Made by a program: the position numbers and the translations under genes. The notes below the pieces were generated by a model. It was not told the origin of the DNA and searched no databases. It worked only from the letters and a program-made list of their open reading frames with translations. This document shows, piece after piece, positions 1 to 10,263 of a stretch of 64,000 nucleotides of DNA (position 1 is its first letter; each line of letters begins with the position of its first letter). Where the stretch lies: the NCBI GenBank assembly GCA_965140705.1, contig OZ223300.1:576001-640000 (forward strand), given 5' to 3'. Source of the DNA: an uncultured Arcobacter sp. (lineage in GTDB: Bacteria; Campylobacterota; Campylobacteria; Campylobacterales; Arcobacteraceae).

Positions 1-885
1 TTTATTTGAGGCAACTAAAAGTTTTTCGATTGGAACACCCATATTAAGTGCATAAAATCCACCTAAAACATTTCCGAAATTTCCACTTGGAACTACTAGG
101 TAAATTTTTTCTCCAAATGTAATTTCATTTTGTTTTAATAATTGAATATATGACCAAAAGTGATAAATGATTTGAAATATGATTCTTCCAAAATTTACTG
201 AATTTGCAGCACTTAATTTTATTCCATCTTTTTCCAATTCATCTTTAAATGTATTTGAGGCAAGAAGTCTTTTTAATGCTGTTTGTGCATCATCAAAATT
301 TCCTTTTATCCCTATTACTTTTAAGTTTGCTCCATCTTCTGTAACCATTTGAAGTCTTTGTACATCACTAGTACCTCCACTTGGATATAGACAAGCTACT
401 TGAATATTATCTTTATTTTTAAAAGTATTTAATGCAGCTGGTCCTGTATCCCCAGAAGTTGCGGCTAGAATCAGATATTTTTCATCTTTCTTTTTTGCAA
501 TTGAACTTAATATTGAACCAAAAGGTTGTAGTGCCATATCTTTAAAAGCTCTTGTTGGTCCATGATATTGCTCATGTACAAACAAATCATCTTCTATTTT
601 AACTACTGGACAAGGATTTGAAGCATCATCAAATTTATCATATAAATCTAAAGCCTTTTTTATTTCACTTTCATCTATATCAATATCAAAAGCTTTAAGT
701 ATGTCATATGCTAGTTCTTTATAGCTTGAGTTAATATGATTTTGTAAAAAGTTATCTTCAAGTTTTGGTAAACTTTTGGGTACATAAAGTCCTCCAAAAG
801 AAGCACTGGGGCTTAAAATTGCTTCGCTAAAACTTACTTCTTTAGCTTTAACTCCATCATTTCCTCTAGTTTCTATAAAATTCAT
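1..885 (-). CDS. thrC: Threonine synthase (3' part runs off the window)
   Basis: Read by hand: ATG at 885 after AAGGA gives MNFIETRGNDG...; motifs HGPTRAFKD (PLP lysine), ATSGDTG, SAANSVNFGR and VPSGNFGN are present. Confidence 0.95.
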   Translation of the reverse strand, partial: MNFIETRGNDGVKAKEVSFSEAILSPSASFGGLYVPKSLPKLEDNFLQNHINSSYKELAYDILKAFDIDIDESEIKKALDLYDKFDDASNPCPVVKIEDDLFVHEQYHGPTRAFKDMALQPFGSILSSIAKKKDEKYLILAATSGDTGPAALNTFKNKDNIQVACLYPSGGTSDVQRLQMVTEDGANLKVIGIKGNFDDAQTALKRLLASNTFKDELEKDGIKLSAANSVNFGRIIFQIIYHFWSYIQLLKQNEITFGEKIYLVVPSGNFGNVLGGFYALNMGVPIEKLLVASNK

Positions 886-981
886 TTTTATTCCTTAAAA
901 TAGTCCCTAATTTTGGGACAATAATTTTTTAGCTTCATGCTCGAAGCAAATTTTAAAAGAGTAAATAACTACTCTTTGTCT

Positions 982-1881
982 TTATTCGTTTAATAGTTTT
1001 TCTAAATTTATTCCATTATTAGGATTATCTTTTCTTACAAATTGTGTACCAATTCCATCACTTGTAAATAGCTCAAGAATAATTGAGTGCTCAACTCTTC
1101 CATCTATTATGTGAGCTTTATTTACTCCATTGTAAATAGCGTCTATACAAGAGTCAACTTTTGGAATCATACCACCTGCTATTGTTCCATCTTTTTTATA
1201 AGACTCTACATCTGATTTATCTAGTGAGTTTAATAGATTTTTATCTTTATCTAGTACTCCTACGATATCTGTTAAAAATAGAACTTTTTGTGCTCCAAGT
1301 GCGATAGCTATTTTACTAGCTGCTACATCTGCATTTATATTAAATCCAGGATGTCCAGGCTCTTTTGCATCAGCAATTGGTGCAATAACTGGAACAAATC
1401 CTTCATTTATAAGATTTGTAATCATTTTTCCATTGATTTGAGTAATAACACCTGTATATCCAAACTTTCCACCGTCTTTTGCTTGGGCTTGTATAATAGA
1501 TGAATCTTTTCCAGAAATACCTATGGCTTTTGCACCATGGTAGTTTAATAGTGAAGTTATATTTTTATTTATTTCTCCACTTAAAACCATTTCCACAACT
1601 CTCATACTATCACCACAAGTTACCCTATGTCCATCAATAAATTCAGAGTGAATTTCAAGTTTTTTCAATAATTCAGAAATTCTAGCTCCTCCACCATGTA
1701 CGATTACAGGTTTGATTCCTACAAGTGAAAGTAAGGCAATATCTTGGGCAAATTTTTCTTGTAAAGCAGGGGAAGTTTGTGCACTTCCACCATATTTGAT
1801 AACAATTATTTTCCCATAAAATTTTTTGATATAAGGAATGGCATCAAGTAGTGTTTCTACAGTTGTATTTTTTATTTGCAT
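982..1881 (-). CDS. argB: Acetylglutamate kinase
   Basis: IVIKYGG, VHGGG, NINAD and GGMIPK motifs. Confidence 0.96.
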   Translation of the reverse strand: MQIKNTTVETLLDAIPYIKKFYGKIIVIKYGGSAQTSPALQEKFAQDIALLSLVGIKPVIVHGGGARISELLKKLEIHSEFIDGHRVTCGDSMRVVEMVLSGEINKNITSLLNYHGAKAIGISGKDSSIIQAQAKDGGKFGYTGVITQINGKMITNLINEGFVPVIAPIADAKEPGHPGFNINADVAASKIAIALGAQKVLFLTDIVGVLDKDKNLLNSLDKSDVESYKKDGTIAGGMIPKVDSCIDAIYNGVNKAHIIDGRVEHSIILELFTSDGIGTQFVRKDNPNNGINLEKLLNE

Positions 1882-1976
1882 AATTTTAAAACCTTGTTAA
1901 AAAGTGAGGCATTATACAACAACTTTTCTTTTTGTAATATAATGCAATATTTGGTAGATTTTTAGTATCATTTTTT

Positions 1977-4712
1977 ATGAAAAATTATTTGGCATTAAAA
2001 GCTAGTGCGGGAAGTGGAAAAACCTTTGCATTAACTGTAAGATACATTTCGTTGTTATTAAAAGGGGCTAGTCCTACAGAAATCTTGGCTTTAACTTTTA
2101 CTAATAAAGCTGCAAAAGAGATGAGTGAAAGAATCTTTAAGACTTTGAAGAGTTTGGGTGAAGATAAGATTTATCTTGAACAAATTTCAAATGTATCAGA
2201 ATTATCAGTTGAGCAAATATTAAATAAAAAAGATTATCTTATAAACTTATATTTAAATTCCGAACTCTCTATTTATACAATTGATAAATTTGTAAATAAA
2301 ATTTTAAGGGAATTTAGTGGATATATAGGTGTTGATGATGATTTCTCAATTAAGCAAGATAATATAGAAAATCTTGAATATAAATTCTTACAATCACTAA
2401 ATTTAGAAAATTTTGATAAATTGATTAACTTCTCATATTATGAAGCTAAAAAGTTTAACTCTATATTTGATATTTTTTTAAATTTAAATGAAAAGAATGA
2501 AGATTTTAAAATAGTTCCAATAGAAGAAAATCTAATAAATTTACAAAAGAACTTAGCTTTAGAAATTGCATTTAAATTAAAAAAATATATTCAAAACTGT
2601 CCAAGTGCTTCGAATGCTGCTTTAAAATCTGTTGATTTTGATAACTTCGAAGAGTTATTACTTAAAGGGAAAACTTGGCTTACAAAAGATGTATCAACTG
2701 ATTCAAGGGATTTTAAAAAGTGTTCTAATGAAGAGTTTGAACAGAACTTCCAAGAACTAAAAATACAAATAAGTAATTATTATAAATTAAGATCTTCTTA
2801 TTCCCTTAGCTCTTTATATGAGTTATACAAGTTGTTTAAGGATTTTAAAAAGAGTTATAATAAAAATAAAAACTATTTCACTTTTAATGATATCTCAAAT
2901 TATGTATATGAACTACTCTCAAGTAAAATTGATAAAGACTTTTTATACTTTAGACTAGATAGTAAATATAATCATATTTTAATAGATGAGTTCCAAGATA
3001 CTTCACTTTTACAATATAAAATTTTAGAACCACTTATAGAAGAAGCACTTTCAGGTAATAGTGAAAAGTTCAAGTCATTTTTTTATGTGGGTGATATTAA
3101 ACAATCAATTTATAGATTTAGGGGTGGAAAGAGGGAACTTTTTGATTTTGTAAGTAAAAAACACAATCAAATAGAAACTGAAATTTTAAATACAAACTTT
3201 AGAAGTGCTAAAAACATAGTTGAGTTTGTAAATAGGGCATTTATAAATTTAAATAATTATGAATACTATGAACAATTAAGTAATATTGAAAATGGTTATG
3301 TGGAAGTAATAAGTGATGATAAGCTAAAAGAAGAGGAAAAATATCAAACAATAGCAAGTACAATTGCTAAACTTATTAGAAAAAATATTGATCCAAATTC
3401 AATTGCTATTTTAACATATACAAATGATGATGTTCTGGAACTTTATTCATACTTAAGTAAGATGTTTCCAACACTTAAAATCTCTACAGAGATGACTTCA
3501 AAACTTATTAATCAAGAGAATGTAAAAGCTTGTATAAATGCTATAAAATATCTTTATTATAAAGAAAATATTTATAAAGAGAATTTAAATGCAATAATTG
3601 GAAATGCTCCAAATATAAAATTAGATTTTGATTTTAATTTAGAAGAAAACAGGGTATTTGAACTTGTTTTAAAAGTGGCAAAATATTTTAATATCTTAGA
3701 TGACAATGTAATAAAATTTGTTGAAGAATCAAAAAACTTCACTGATATTGTTGATTTTGTTTATGAAGTTGATTTAATGGAAACTCCAATTGAAAATAAA
3801 GAACAAATTGGTTTACAAATTTTGACTATCTTTAAATCAAAAGGTTTGGAATTTGATACTGTAATTTTACTTGATAGAATTAAAAATAAAAATGCCGATA
3901 GAAGTTCATTATTGTTTGAATATAGTGGAGTTTATTTGGAAAATGTATATTATAAAATTTCAAATCTAGAAAACTTTGATGAAAATTATAAACGTGCATT
4001 AAATAAAGAAAAAGCACTGCAAGCAGAAGATGAGATAAATATTTTATATGTGGCTTTAACAAGGGCAAAAAGTAATTTGTTTATTTTCAAAAAAGAGGAA
4101 AAATCTGTTTTTGATTTACTTGGATTAAAGTCTTGTAAGATAGGTGAGTTAGTTATAAATGAATTTACAAAAGATTCTAATGAAAAAATAGAAAAAGTAG
4201 AGTATAAACCTTTGAGTTTAGGAAGACAAACAAATAAATCTGTAAAAAATTATGAAGAAGATTTTGAATTAAAAGCAAGATATTTTGGAATAGCAACACA
4301 TTATTGTTTAGAGATGATGAATGATTTTACAATTGAACAATTAGAATACTCTTTAAATCTCACTAAAAGTAGATATTCTGTCTATTTAAAGGATAAAGAG
4401 TTTGATGATATAAAACAAAGGATATCCTTATTAATTCAAAATGAAGAGTTTAATAGCTTTTTAGACGATGCAAATTTTTTAAGGGAACAATCTTTGATTT
4501 ATAATGGAGAAATTAAAATAATAGATTTGCTGATAGAGAAAGAAAATAAGTATTATATTTTTGATTATAAGACAACAGTTCAAGAAAATAAAGAGCATGA
4601 AAAACAAGTTTTATTTTATAAAAAAGCAATAAAAGAGATAAGTAACAGTGATGAGGTGTATGCTTATTTAGTATATTTAGGAAATGAAAAAGCTTATTTA
4701 AAGGCTATTTAA
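1977..4712 (+). CDS. addA: RecB-like helicase/nuclease AddA
   Basis: ASAGSGKT Walker A, LIDEFQD, VGDIKQSIYRFRG, YVALTRA and a C-terminal D...DYKT nuclease motif. Confidence 0.9.
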   Translation: MKNYLALKASAGSGKTFALTVRYISLLLKGASPTEILALTFTNKAAKEMSERIFKTLKSLGEDKIYLEQISNVSELSVEQILNKKDYLINLYLNSELSIYTIDKFVNKILREFSGYIGVDDDFSIKQDNIENLEYKFLQSLNLENFDKLINFSYYEAKKFNSIFDIFLNLNEKNEDFKIVPIEENLINLQKNLALEIAFKLKKYIQNCPSASNAALKSVDFDNFEELLLKGKTWLTKDVSTDSRDFKKCSNEEFEQNFQELKIQISNYYKLRSSYSLSSLYELYKLFKDFKKSYNKNKNYFTFNDISNYVYELLSSKIDKDFLYFRLDSKYNHILIDEFQDTSLLQYKILEPLIEEALSGNSEKFKSFFYVGDIKQSIYRFRGGKRELFDFVSKKHNQIETEILNTNFRSAKNIVEFVNRAFINLNNYEYYEQLSNIENGYVEVISDDKLKEEEKYQTIASTIAKLIRKNIDPNSIAILTYTNDDVLELYSYLSKMFPTLKISTEMTSKLINQENVKACINAIKYLYYKENIYKENLNAIIGNAPNIKLDFDFNLEENRVFELVLKVAKYFNILDDNVIKFVEESKNFTDIVDFVYEVDLMETPIENKEQIGLQILTIFKSKGLEFDTVILLDRIKNKNADRSSLLFEYSGVYLENVYYKISNLENFDENYKRALNKEKALQAEDEINILYVALTRAKSNLFIFKKEEKSVFDLLGLKSCKIGELVINEFTKDSNEKIEKVEYKPLSLGRQTNKSVKNYEEDFELKARYFGIATHYCLEMMNDFTIEQLEYSLNLTKSRYSVYLKDKEFDDIKQRISLLIQNEEFNSFLDDANFLREQSLIYNGEIKIIDLLIEKENKYYIFDYKTTVQENKEHEKQVLFYKKAIKEISNSDEVYAYLVYLGNEKAYLKAI

Positions 4713-5268
4713 TAAAGTATCTAATTGAGGCGAAACCAAAAACTTGGCAATCTTGTATTTGTTTTATTTGTGAGTCATCAATAATACCACCAAGTGCTAT
4801 TATTTTTATCTTATATTTTTTTTGCATATCTTCTAATACTTTAACTCCCTTTGCTTCTCCTTTATTTGGGGTATAAAAAATAGGAGAGTAAGTTATGGCA
4901 TCTGCTTTTTCTTCTATAGCTTTTTTTATATCTTTTTCATTGTGACAAGATATTATTGTGTATAGCTTTTTCTCTTTTGCAATTTTGATTTTATCAAATT
5001 GTTGTGAAGTGAGGTGAATGCCACAATTTAGATTTATTGCTAATTCTAGATTTTTATTTAAAATGATTTGTTTTATGTTGAACTTTTTACAAGTATTTAT
5101 GAATATATTTGCTAACTCTTCATAATTTGATGATTTCTTATCTCTAAAACATGCCATATCAACTCTTTTATTGGTTAATACATCTTCTAGTTTTTCTTTA
5201 AATATATTTTTATCACTTGTATAATATTTGGGGTCAGTAATAAGATAATAATTAAAAGTTTGATTCAT
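4705..5268 (-). CDS. Thiamine phosphate synthase/TenI-family protein
   Basis: YLITD, GIHL, ISCH, SPIFYTPNK and IALGGI motifs. Start moved to ATG 5268 because the longer ORF overlaps the atpB terminator. Confidence 0.75.
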   Translation of the reverse strand: MNQTFNYYLITDPKYYTSDKNIFKEKLEDVLTNKRVDMACFRDKKSSNYEELANIFINTCKKFNIKQIILNKNLELAINLNCGIHLTSQQFDKIKIAKEKKLYTIISCHNEKDIKKAIEEKADAITYSPIFYTPNKGEAKGVKVLEDMQKKYKIKIIALGGIIDDSQIKQIQDCQVFGFASIRYFIK

Positions 5269-5290
5269 CTTTAGCCTAGATATTGGATAT

Positions 5291-5324
5291 AAAAAAAGGG
5301 AAGACAAGAAGTCTTCCCTTTTTT
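5291..5324. terminator. Intrinsic terminator downstream of atpB
   Basis: AAAAAAAGGGAAGAC-aagaa-GTCTTCCCTTTTTT hairpin with A/T tails on both sides. Confidence 0.85.
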
Positions 5325-5377
5325 AAGAGTCCTTTATTAATGATTCTCAGATCATTAAAAGTGACGTTAGTCACTTA

Positions 5378-6064
5378 TTAATGGTCTTCGTGCTCCATCA
5401 TGATAGAACCTGCGATATATACGTAAGTTAAAATCATGAAAATAAACGCTTGTAAAAATGCAAACGCTGTTAATAGGAAAAATCCTGGAAGTGGTAATAA
5501 CCAAGGTACTAACATTAAAAGTACCATAAGGAACATATCATCCCCTCTAATTGAACCAAAAAGTCTGAATGATAATGAAATAATTCTTGATAAATGAGAA
5601 ATAATTTCAATAGGGAACATTAATGGTGCTAAAATAGGCATAGGTCCCATGAAGTGAGCAAAGTAACCTATAAAACCATTTTTCTTAATACCTAAGTAGT
5701 TGTAGTAAATGAATACAATTAATGCCAATGCTAATGTAAAGTTAATATTACTAGTAGTAGATTCAAAACCTGGAACTACTCCCATTAAGTTTGCAACAAG
5801 AACAACTAGACCTAATGAACCAATTAATGGTAAATATCTTCTAGCATTTTCTTCTCCCATAGTATCTGCACCCATAGATACAACACCACCAATATATGCT
5901 TCCATTACATTTTGTGCACCAGTTGGAACTAGTTGCATCTTTCTTGTTGCAGCTCTTGCAACTAAAAATATAATCGCAATTACTAAAATATAATGCGACA
6001 GGATAATCCATTCTTGACTATGACCACCAATAGCCCCTAAGAATGTAAATAATCTTCCTTCCAT
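5378..6064 (-). CDS. atpB: F0F1 ATP synthase subunit a
   Basis: Hydrophobic protein with ISLSFRLFG (essential Arg) and FLQAFIFMILTYVY. Confidence 0.96.
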   Translation of the reverse strand: MEGRLFTFLGAIGGHSQEWIILSHYILVIAIIFLVARAATRKMQLVPTGAQNVMEAYIGGVVSMGADTMGEENARRYLPLIGSLGLVVLVANLMGVVPGFESTTSNINFTLALALIVFIYYNYLGIKKNGFIGYFAHFMGPMPILAPLMFPIEIISHLSRIISLSFRLFGSIRGDDMFLMVLLMLVPWLLPLPGFFLLTAFAFLQAFIFMILTYVYIAGSIMMEHEDH

Positions 6065-6156
6065 TTTCTTCCTTCTATGTGATTTTCTTCTATTTAATTA
6101 TGGTGCCTATTATATACTGAAATTTCTAAATTTTTTATAAATAGAATAAAAAATAA

Positions 6157-7362
6157 TCAGATTTGTTTAAATCTGTAACCATTTTGTTTCAAATTTTCTC
6201 TTATTACTTTTTGGTGTTCTTCACCTTTTGTTTCTAATGAAACAGTAAGATAAGCCTCACCAAACTCCAGTTTTATCGAACTTCTATCGTAATCTATTTG
6301 GACAATATTTGCATCGCTTGATTGAAAAATTGATGTTAAATGCATCAAAGAACCTGGTTTATCTATAAGTGTTACCATAAGATTCATTTTTCTATAAGAT
6401 TTTACTAAACCTTTTTCAATAATTTGAGATAACATAGTTACATCAATATTTCCACCACTAATAATTGCACAAACTTTAGAGTTTTCTACATCTATTTTAT
6501 TATGCATAAGTGCTGCGACTGAAACTGCACCTGCACCTTCAACTACAAGTTTGTGTTTTTCAAGTAAAAATAAAATAGCATTTGCTATTTCATGTTCTTC
6601 CACTTCTACAACTTCATCAACATATTCTAAAGCATAATCAAGTAGTTTTGGTGTTACAACTTTTACTGCAATTCCATCTGCTATAGTTTTTACAGATGTT
6701 GAATCAATAGGTAATCTCGCTTCAAAAGAGTCTTTCATACCTCTTGCACCACTTGCAACAACACCTATAATTTTTATATTAGGATTTATTGATTTTGCAG
6801 CAACCGCAGCTCCTGCAATCAATCCTCCACCCCCAATTGGAATTACTAATACTTCTAAATCTTCAATTTGTTCAATAATTTCTAATCCAATAGTTCCTTG
6901 TCCTGCAATCACTTTATCATCAGCAAAAGCATGAATAAATGTTTTACTATTTTCTTCACAAAATTTAATTGCAGCTGCATAGGCTTCATCATAGTTTTGT
7001 CCAGTTAAAACAACATTTGCACCATATTGTTTAACACCACTTACTTTTGTAAGGGGTGTAGCTTCAGGCATAAATATAGTTGCATCACATCCAAAATAGT
7101 TTCCTGCATAAGCAATACCTTGAGCATGATTTCCAGCACTTGCGGCTACTATTCCTATATTTCTAGTCTTCTCATCTAATGATGCAACTTTATTAAAAGC
7201 ACCTCTTATTTTGAAACTTCCTGTTAATTGAAGGTTCTCTTTTTTTAGAAATACATTACTATCAAGTTCTTCACTTAAAAATGGTGCATAAGTAAGGGGC
7301 GTTTTTAGTATGATTCCTTCTAGTTTTGTTTTTGCTTCTTGTATATCTTTTAATGTAATCAT
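6157..7362 (-). CDS. ilvA: Threonine ammonia-lyase with C-terminal ACT domain
   Basis: ENLQLTGSFKIRGA, ASAGNHAQG, GGGGL and ISGGNID motifs. Confidence 0.92.
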   Translation of the reverse strand: MITLKDIQEAKTKLEGIILKTPLTYAPFLSEELDSNVFLKKENLQLTGSFKIRGAFNKVASLDEKTRNIGIVAASAGNHAQGIAYAGNYFGCDATIFMPEATPLTKVSGVKQYGANVVLTGQNYDEAYAAAIKFCEENSKTFIHAFADDKVIAGQGTIGLEIIEQIEDLEVLVIPIGGGGLIAGAAVAAKSINPNIKIIGVVASGARGMKDSFEARLPIDSTSVKTIADGIAVKVVTPKLLDYALEYVDEVVEVEEHEIANAILFLLEKHKLVVEGAGAVSVAALMHNKIDVENSKVCAIISGGNIDVTMLSQIIEKGLVKSYRKMNLMVTLIDKPGSLMHLTSIFQSSDANIVQIDYDRSSIKLEFGEAYLTVSLETKGEEHQKVIRENLKQNGYRFKQI

Positions 7363-7464
7363 TTTAGTGTCTTTTTATATTTTTTGTTTGAAATGTTATC
7401 TAAAAATAGTTTTTAATATGTTTATCCAAATAAAAACTATTTTTAAATAAGGGGATTTTACCCC

Positions 7465-9744
7465 TTATTTATTCTCGTTTTTTACGATTTCTACTGCTTT
7501 TACCATATTTTTTAAACTTGGAATCACTTCTTCCCATTTTCTAGTTTTTAAACCACAATCTGGATTAATCCAAAGTTGTTCTTTGGGTAAAACTTCTAAC
7601 AGTGCTTTAATCTGTTTTACAATCTCTTCAACACTTGGAATTCTCGGGCTATGTATATCATAAACACCAGGTCCTACTTCTTGCTTATAACCATGTTTTT
7701 TAAATATTTTTAAAAGTTCATTTCCACTTCTAGCTGTCTCTATTGAAATAACATCTGCATCCATGTTTTCTATTGTTTCAATAATATCATTAAATTCACT
7801 ATAACACATATGTGTATGAATTTGAGTCTCTTTTTTTGCACTACTTACACAAATTTTGAAATCTCTAACTGACCAATCTTCATAAGTTTTAATTTTCTCT
7901 TTTCTTAGTGGATATCCTTCTTTAAATGCAGCTTCATCTACTTGAATTATTTTAATACCTGCATTTTGTAGATCATTTACTTCATCACTTAGTGCAATTG
8001 CTATTTGTTTTGATACTTCATCTCTTGGTTTATCATCCCTTACAAATGACCAGTTAAGTATAGTAACTGGACCTGTTAACATTCCTTTCATGATTTTTTT
8101 TGTTTTACTTTGAGCATAAGTAATCCAATCAACTGTCATAGGCTTTGGTCTAGATATATCTCCATATATAAAAGGAGGTTTTACACATCTACTTCCATAA
8201 CTTTGTACCCATCCATTTAAAGTAAAGCCATAACCTTTTAGTTGTTCACCAAAATATTCAACCATGTCATTTCGTTCAGGTTCTCCATGAACTAATACAT
8301 CTAAATTACACTCTTCTTGGAAAGTTATGCACTCATCAATATAAGTTTTCATAGATTTTGTATACTCTTCTTTTGTGATTTTATTTGTTTTATAATCACT
8401 TCTTGATTTTCTTATTTCACTTGTTTGTGGAAAAGAACCAATAGTTGTTGTAACAAGAGAATCATATTTTAAAGCCTCTTTTTGTATCTTAATTCTCTCT
8501 TCATACTTTCCTTCTCTATTAAATGTCTTAAAGTTTTCAACTCTATTTTGTACTTCTTTATCATGTATTAAAGGAGAAGTTTTTCTACTTTTGTTTGAAT
8601 CTTTGTTTTTATTTAACTCTTCAAGTTCTTTCTCATCTAGATTTTCAATACCTTTATAAAAAACTTTTGAAAGAAGTGATACTTCTTCAAGTTTTTCGCA
8701 AGCGAAACTCAACCAATTTTTAATTTCTTTATCAAGCTTATCTTCATATTTTAATGTAAATGGAGTGTGTAATAAGGAACAAGATGAGGAGATGATAATT
8801 TTATCTTTCTCAACTTTTTGAGAAATCTTTGACAATAAATCTAAAGATTTTTCAAAGTCATTTTTCCATATATTTCTTCCATCAACTACTCCTGCAATTA
8901 GATTTTTATCACTATTCGCAATAAGTTCTAAAGAGTCTAAATTCTCATCTCCGTATAAAAAGTCAAGTCCTAATCCCCATATTGGAGTATTAACTAAGAT
9001 TTTTGTTGCTTCATTTGAGTGTTCGAAATATGTAGTAACTATTAGTTTTATATTGTTTGTTGTAAGAGATAGTGCATCATATGTTGGTTTTATAAGACTT
9101 AAAATTTTTGCATCATTATCTTTTACAAAGATTGGTTCATCTATTTGGATAGTTACAACTTCATTAAGTTTTGATAATTCATAAAATAGCTCTATGTAAA
9201 TTGGTAATATTTTGTGTAACAATTCAAAAGTATCACCCCTATCAATTCTTTTTGATAAAGCCAAAAATGTAATAGGCCCAATAAGGTTTATTTTGGTTTT
9301 TATTCCTAATCTTTTTGCTTCATTATATTCATTGATTATCTTTGAAGCATTAAGTTTATACTCATCTTCTAAACTAAGTTCTGGAACTATATAGTGATAA
9401 TTTGTATTAAACCATTTTGTCATCTCCATAGCAACTGAAGATTTATTTCCCCTAGCCATTGCAAAATATAGCTCTTCACCTCTTAAGTCATTAAATCTCT
9501 TTGGAATAGCATTTAACATAATTGCTGTATCCAAAACATTGTCATAAAGACTGAAGTCATTTGAACTTATATATGAAATACCAGCTTCTTTTTGATAGTT
9601 CCAATGTCTTTTTTTAAGTTCATTCGCAACTTTTTGTACTTCACCAAATGAGCAGTTTTTTGCCCAATAACTCTCCAATACTTTTTTTAGCTCTCTTTGT
9701 TCTCCAATTCTTGGAAAACCTACGATATATGTGCTTTCTAGCAT
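7465..9744 (-). CDS. metE: Cobalamin-independent methionine synthase
   Basis: GFPRIG, MTKWFNTNYHY, HGEPERNDMV, HTHMCYSE and NPDCGLKTR (Zn ligands). Confidence 0.97.
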   Translation of the reverse strand: MLESTYIVGFPRIGEQRELKKVLESYWAKNCSFGEVQKVANELKKRHWNYQKEAGISYISSNDFSLYDNVLDTAIMLNAIPKRFNDLRGEELYFAMARGNKSSVAMEMTKWFNTNYHYIVPELSLEDEYKLNASKIINEYNEAKRLGIKTKINLIGPITFLALSKRIDRGDTFELLHKILPIYIELFYELSKLNEVVTIQIDEPIFVKDNDAKILSLIKPTYDALSLTTNNIKLIVTTYFEHSNEATKILVNTPIWGLGLDFLYGDENLDSLELIANSDKNLIAGVVDGRNIWKNDFEKSLDLLSKISQKVEKDKIIISSSCSLLHTPFTLKYEDKLDKEIKNWLSFACEKLEEVSLLSKVFYKGIENLDEKELEELNKNKDSNKSRKTSPLIHDKEVQNRVENFKTFNREGKYEERIKIQKEALKYDSLVTTTIGSFPQTSEIRKSRSDYKTNKITKEEYTKSMKTYIDECITFQEECNLDVLVHGEPERNDMVEYFGEQLKGYGFTLNGWVQSYGSRCVKPPFIYGDISRPKPMTVDWITYAQSKTKKIMKGMLTGPVTILNWSFVRDDKPRDEVSKQIAIALSDEVNDLQNAGIKIIQVDEAAFKEGYPLRKEKIKTYEDWSVRDFKICVSSAKKETQIHTHMCYSEFNDIIETIENMDADVISIETARSGNELLKIFKKHGYKQEVGPGVYDIHSPRIPSVEEIVKQIKALLEVLPKEQLWINPDCGLKTRKWEEVIPSLKNMVKAVEIVKNENK

Positions 9745-9791
9745 TTTATTATCCTTAATATATTTTATGTTTTTGATTTTTTGTATGTTGA

Positions 9792-10139
9792 TTAAAGAGT
9801 AATAAGTGGTGGATGAACGCCAGTACGTCTAAAGGCAAAATGCGTTGAATAGTATGGACATCTTGGAATAAATTTAAAGTTTGAGATTGCTAGTTTTGTT
9901 TTTAATCTAAAGACACAATCACAATAACAAGGTTTTGAGTATGCAGCATAAGTTGCAGTGTTTAAAATGAGTTCTTCTAAAGGAGGGGACTCTTCTTCAT
10001 CTTCATCGCAAAGACTTGAGTAAATAAAAGCAGTTTTTTTAGATCGTACTTCATTGTCATTAAGTTTTTTTGCAGTTGAATATGCAGTGATTGCTGATAA
10101 TGAAAAGTAGTTTTTTCTAAAACCTTTTAAATGTCTCAA
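9792..10139 (-). CDS. Small Cys-rich ORF upstream of metE; candidate regulatory leader
   Basis: TTG start with AAGGG about 8 nt upstream. Fills the gap before metE with no overlap. Contains CYCDC and C-terminal RRTGVHPP. Confidence 0.7.
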   Translation of the reverse strand: MRHLKGFRKNYFSLSAITAYSTAKKLNDNEVRSKKTAFIYSSLCDEDEEESPPLEELILNTATYAAYSKPCYCDCVFRLKTKLAISNFKFIPRCPYYSTHFAFRRTGVHPPLITL

Positions 10140-10263
10140 TTGTTTTTCCCTTTTAAAAAATAGAATATATGTTATTAAAGCTTAATTATAAATAAAAATT
10201 ATTATGCTAGACTTTCAAAAAAGAAAAGGGGTAACATACTTTTTAAAGTATGAAAATAATAAT

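Noticed and set aside
888..938. Classical thr attenuator before thrC
   Set aside because: The mini-ORF has no Thr codons and only one Ile.
1977..4712. Helicase-nuclease as a possible defence system
   Set aside because: Motifs and housekeeping context fit AddA; an unlinked addB is not unusual.
5337..5377. Two small hairpins directly after the atpB stop
   Set aside because: Short AT-rich stems just before a clear terminator; no further support for an independent element.
5378..6064. atpB separated from the other ATP synthase genes
   Set aside because: Split atp loci are normal in Campylobacterota.
9745..10260. Cobalamin or SAM riboswitch, or Met-codon attenuator, upstream of metE
   Set aside because: No recognisable riboswitch core or terminator; the space is filled by an ORF with no internal Met codons. 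An Rfam scan would be the decisive test.
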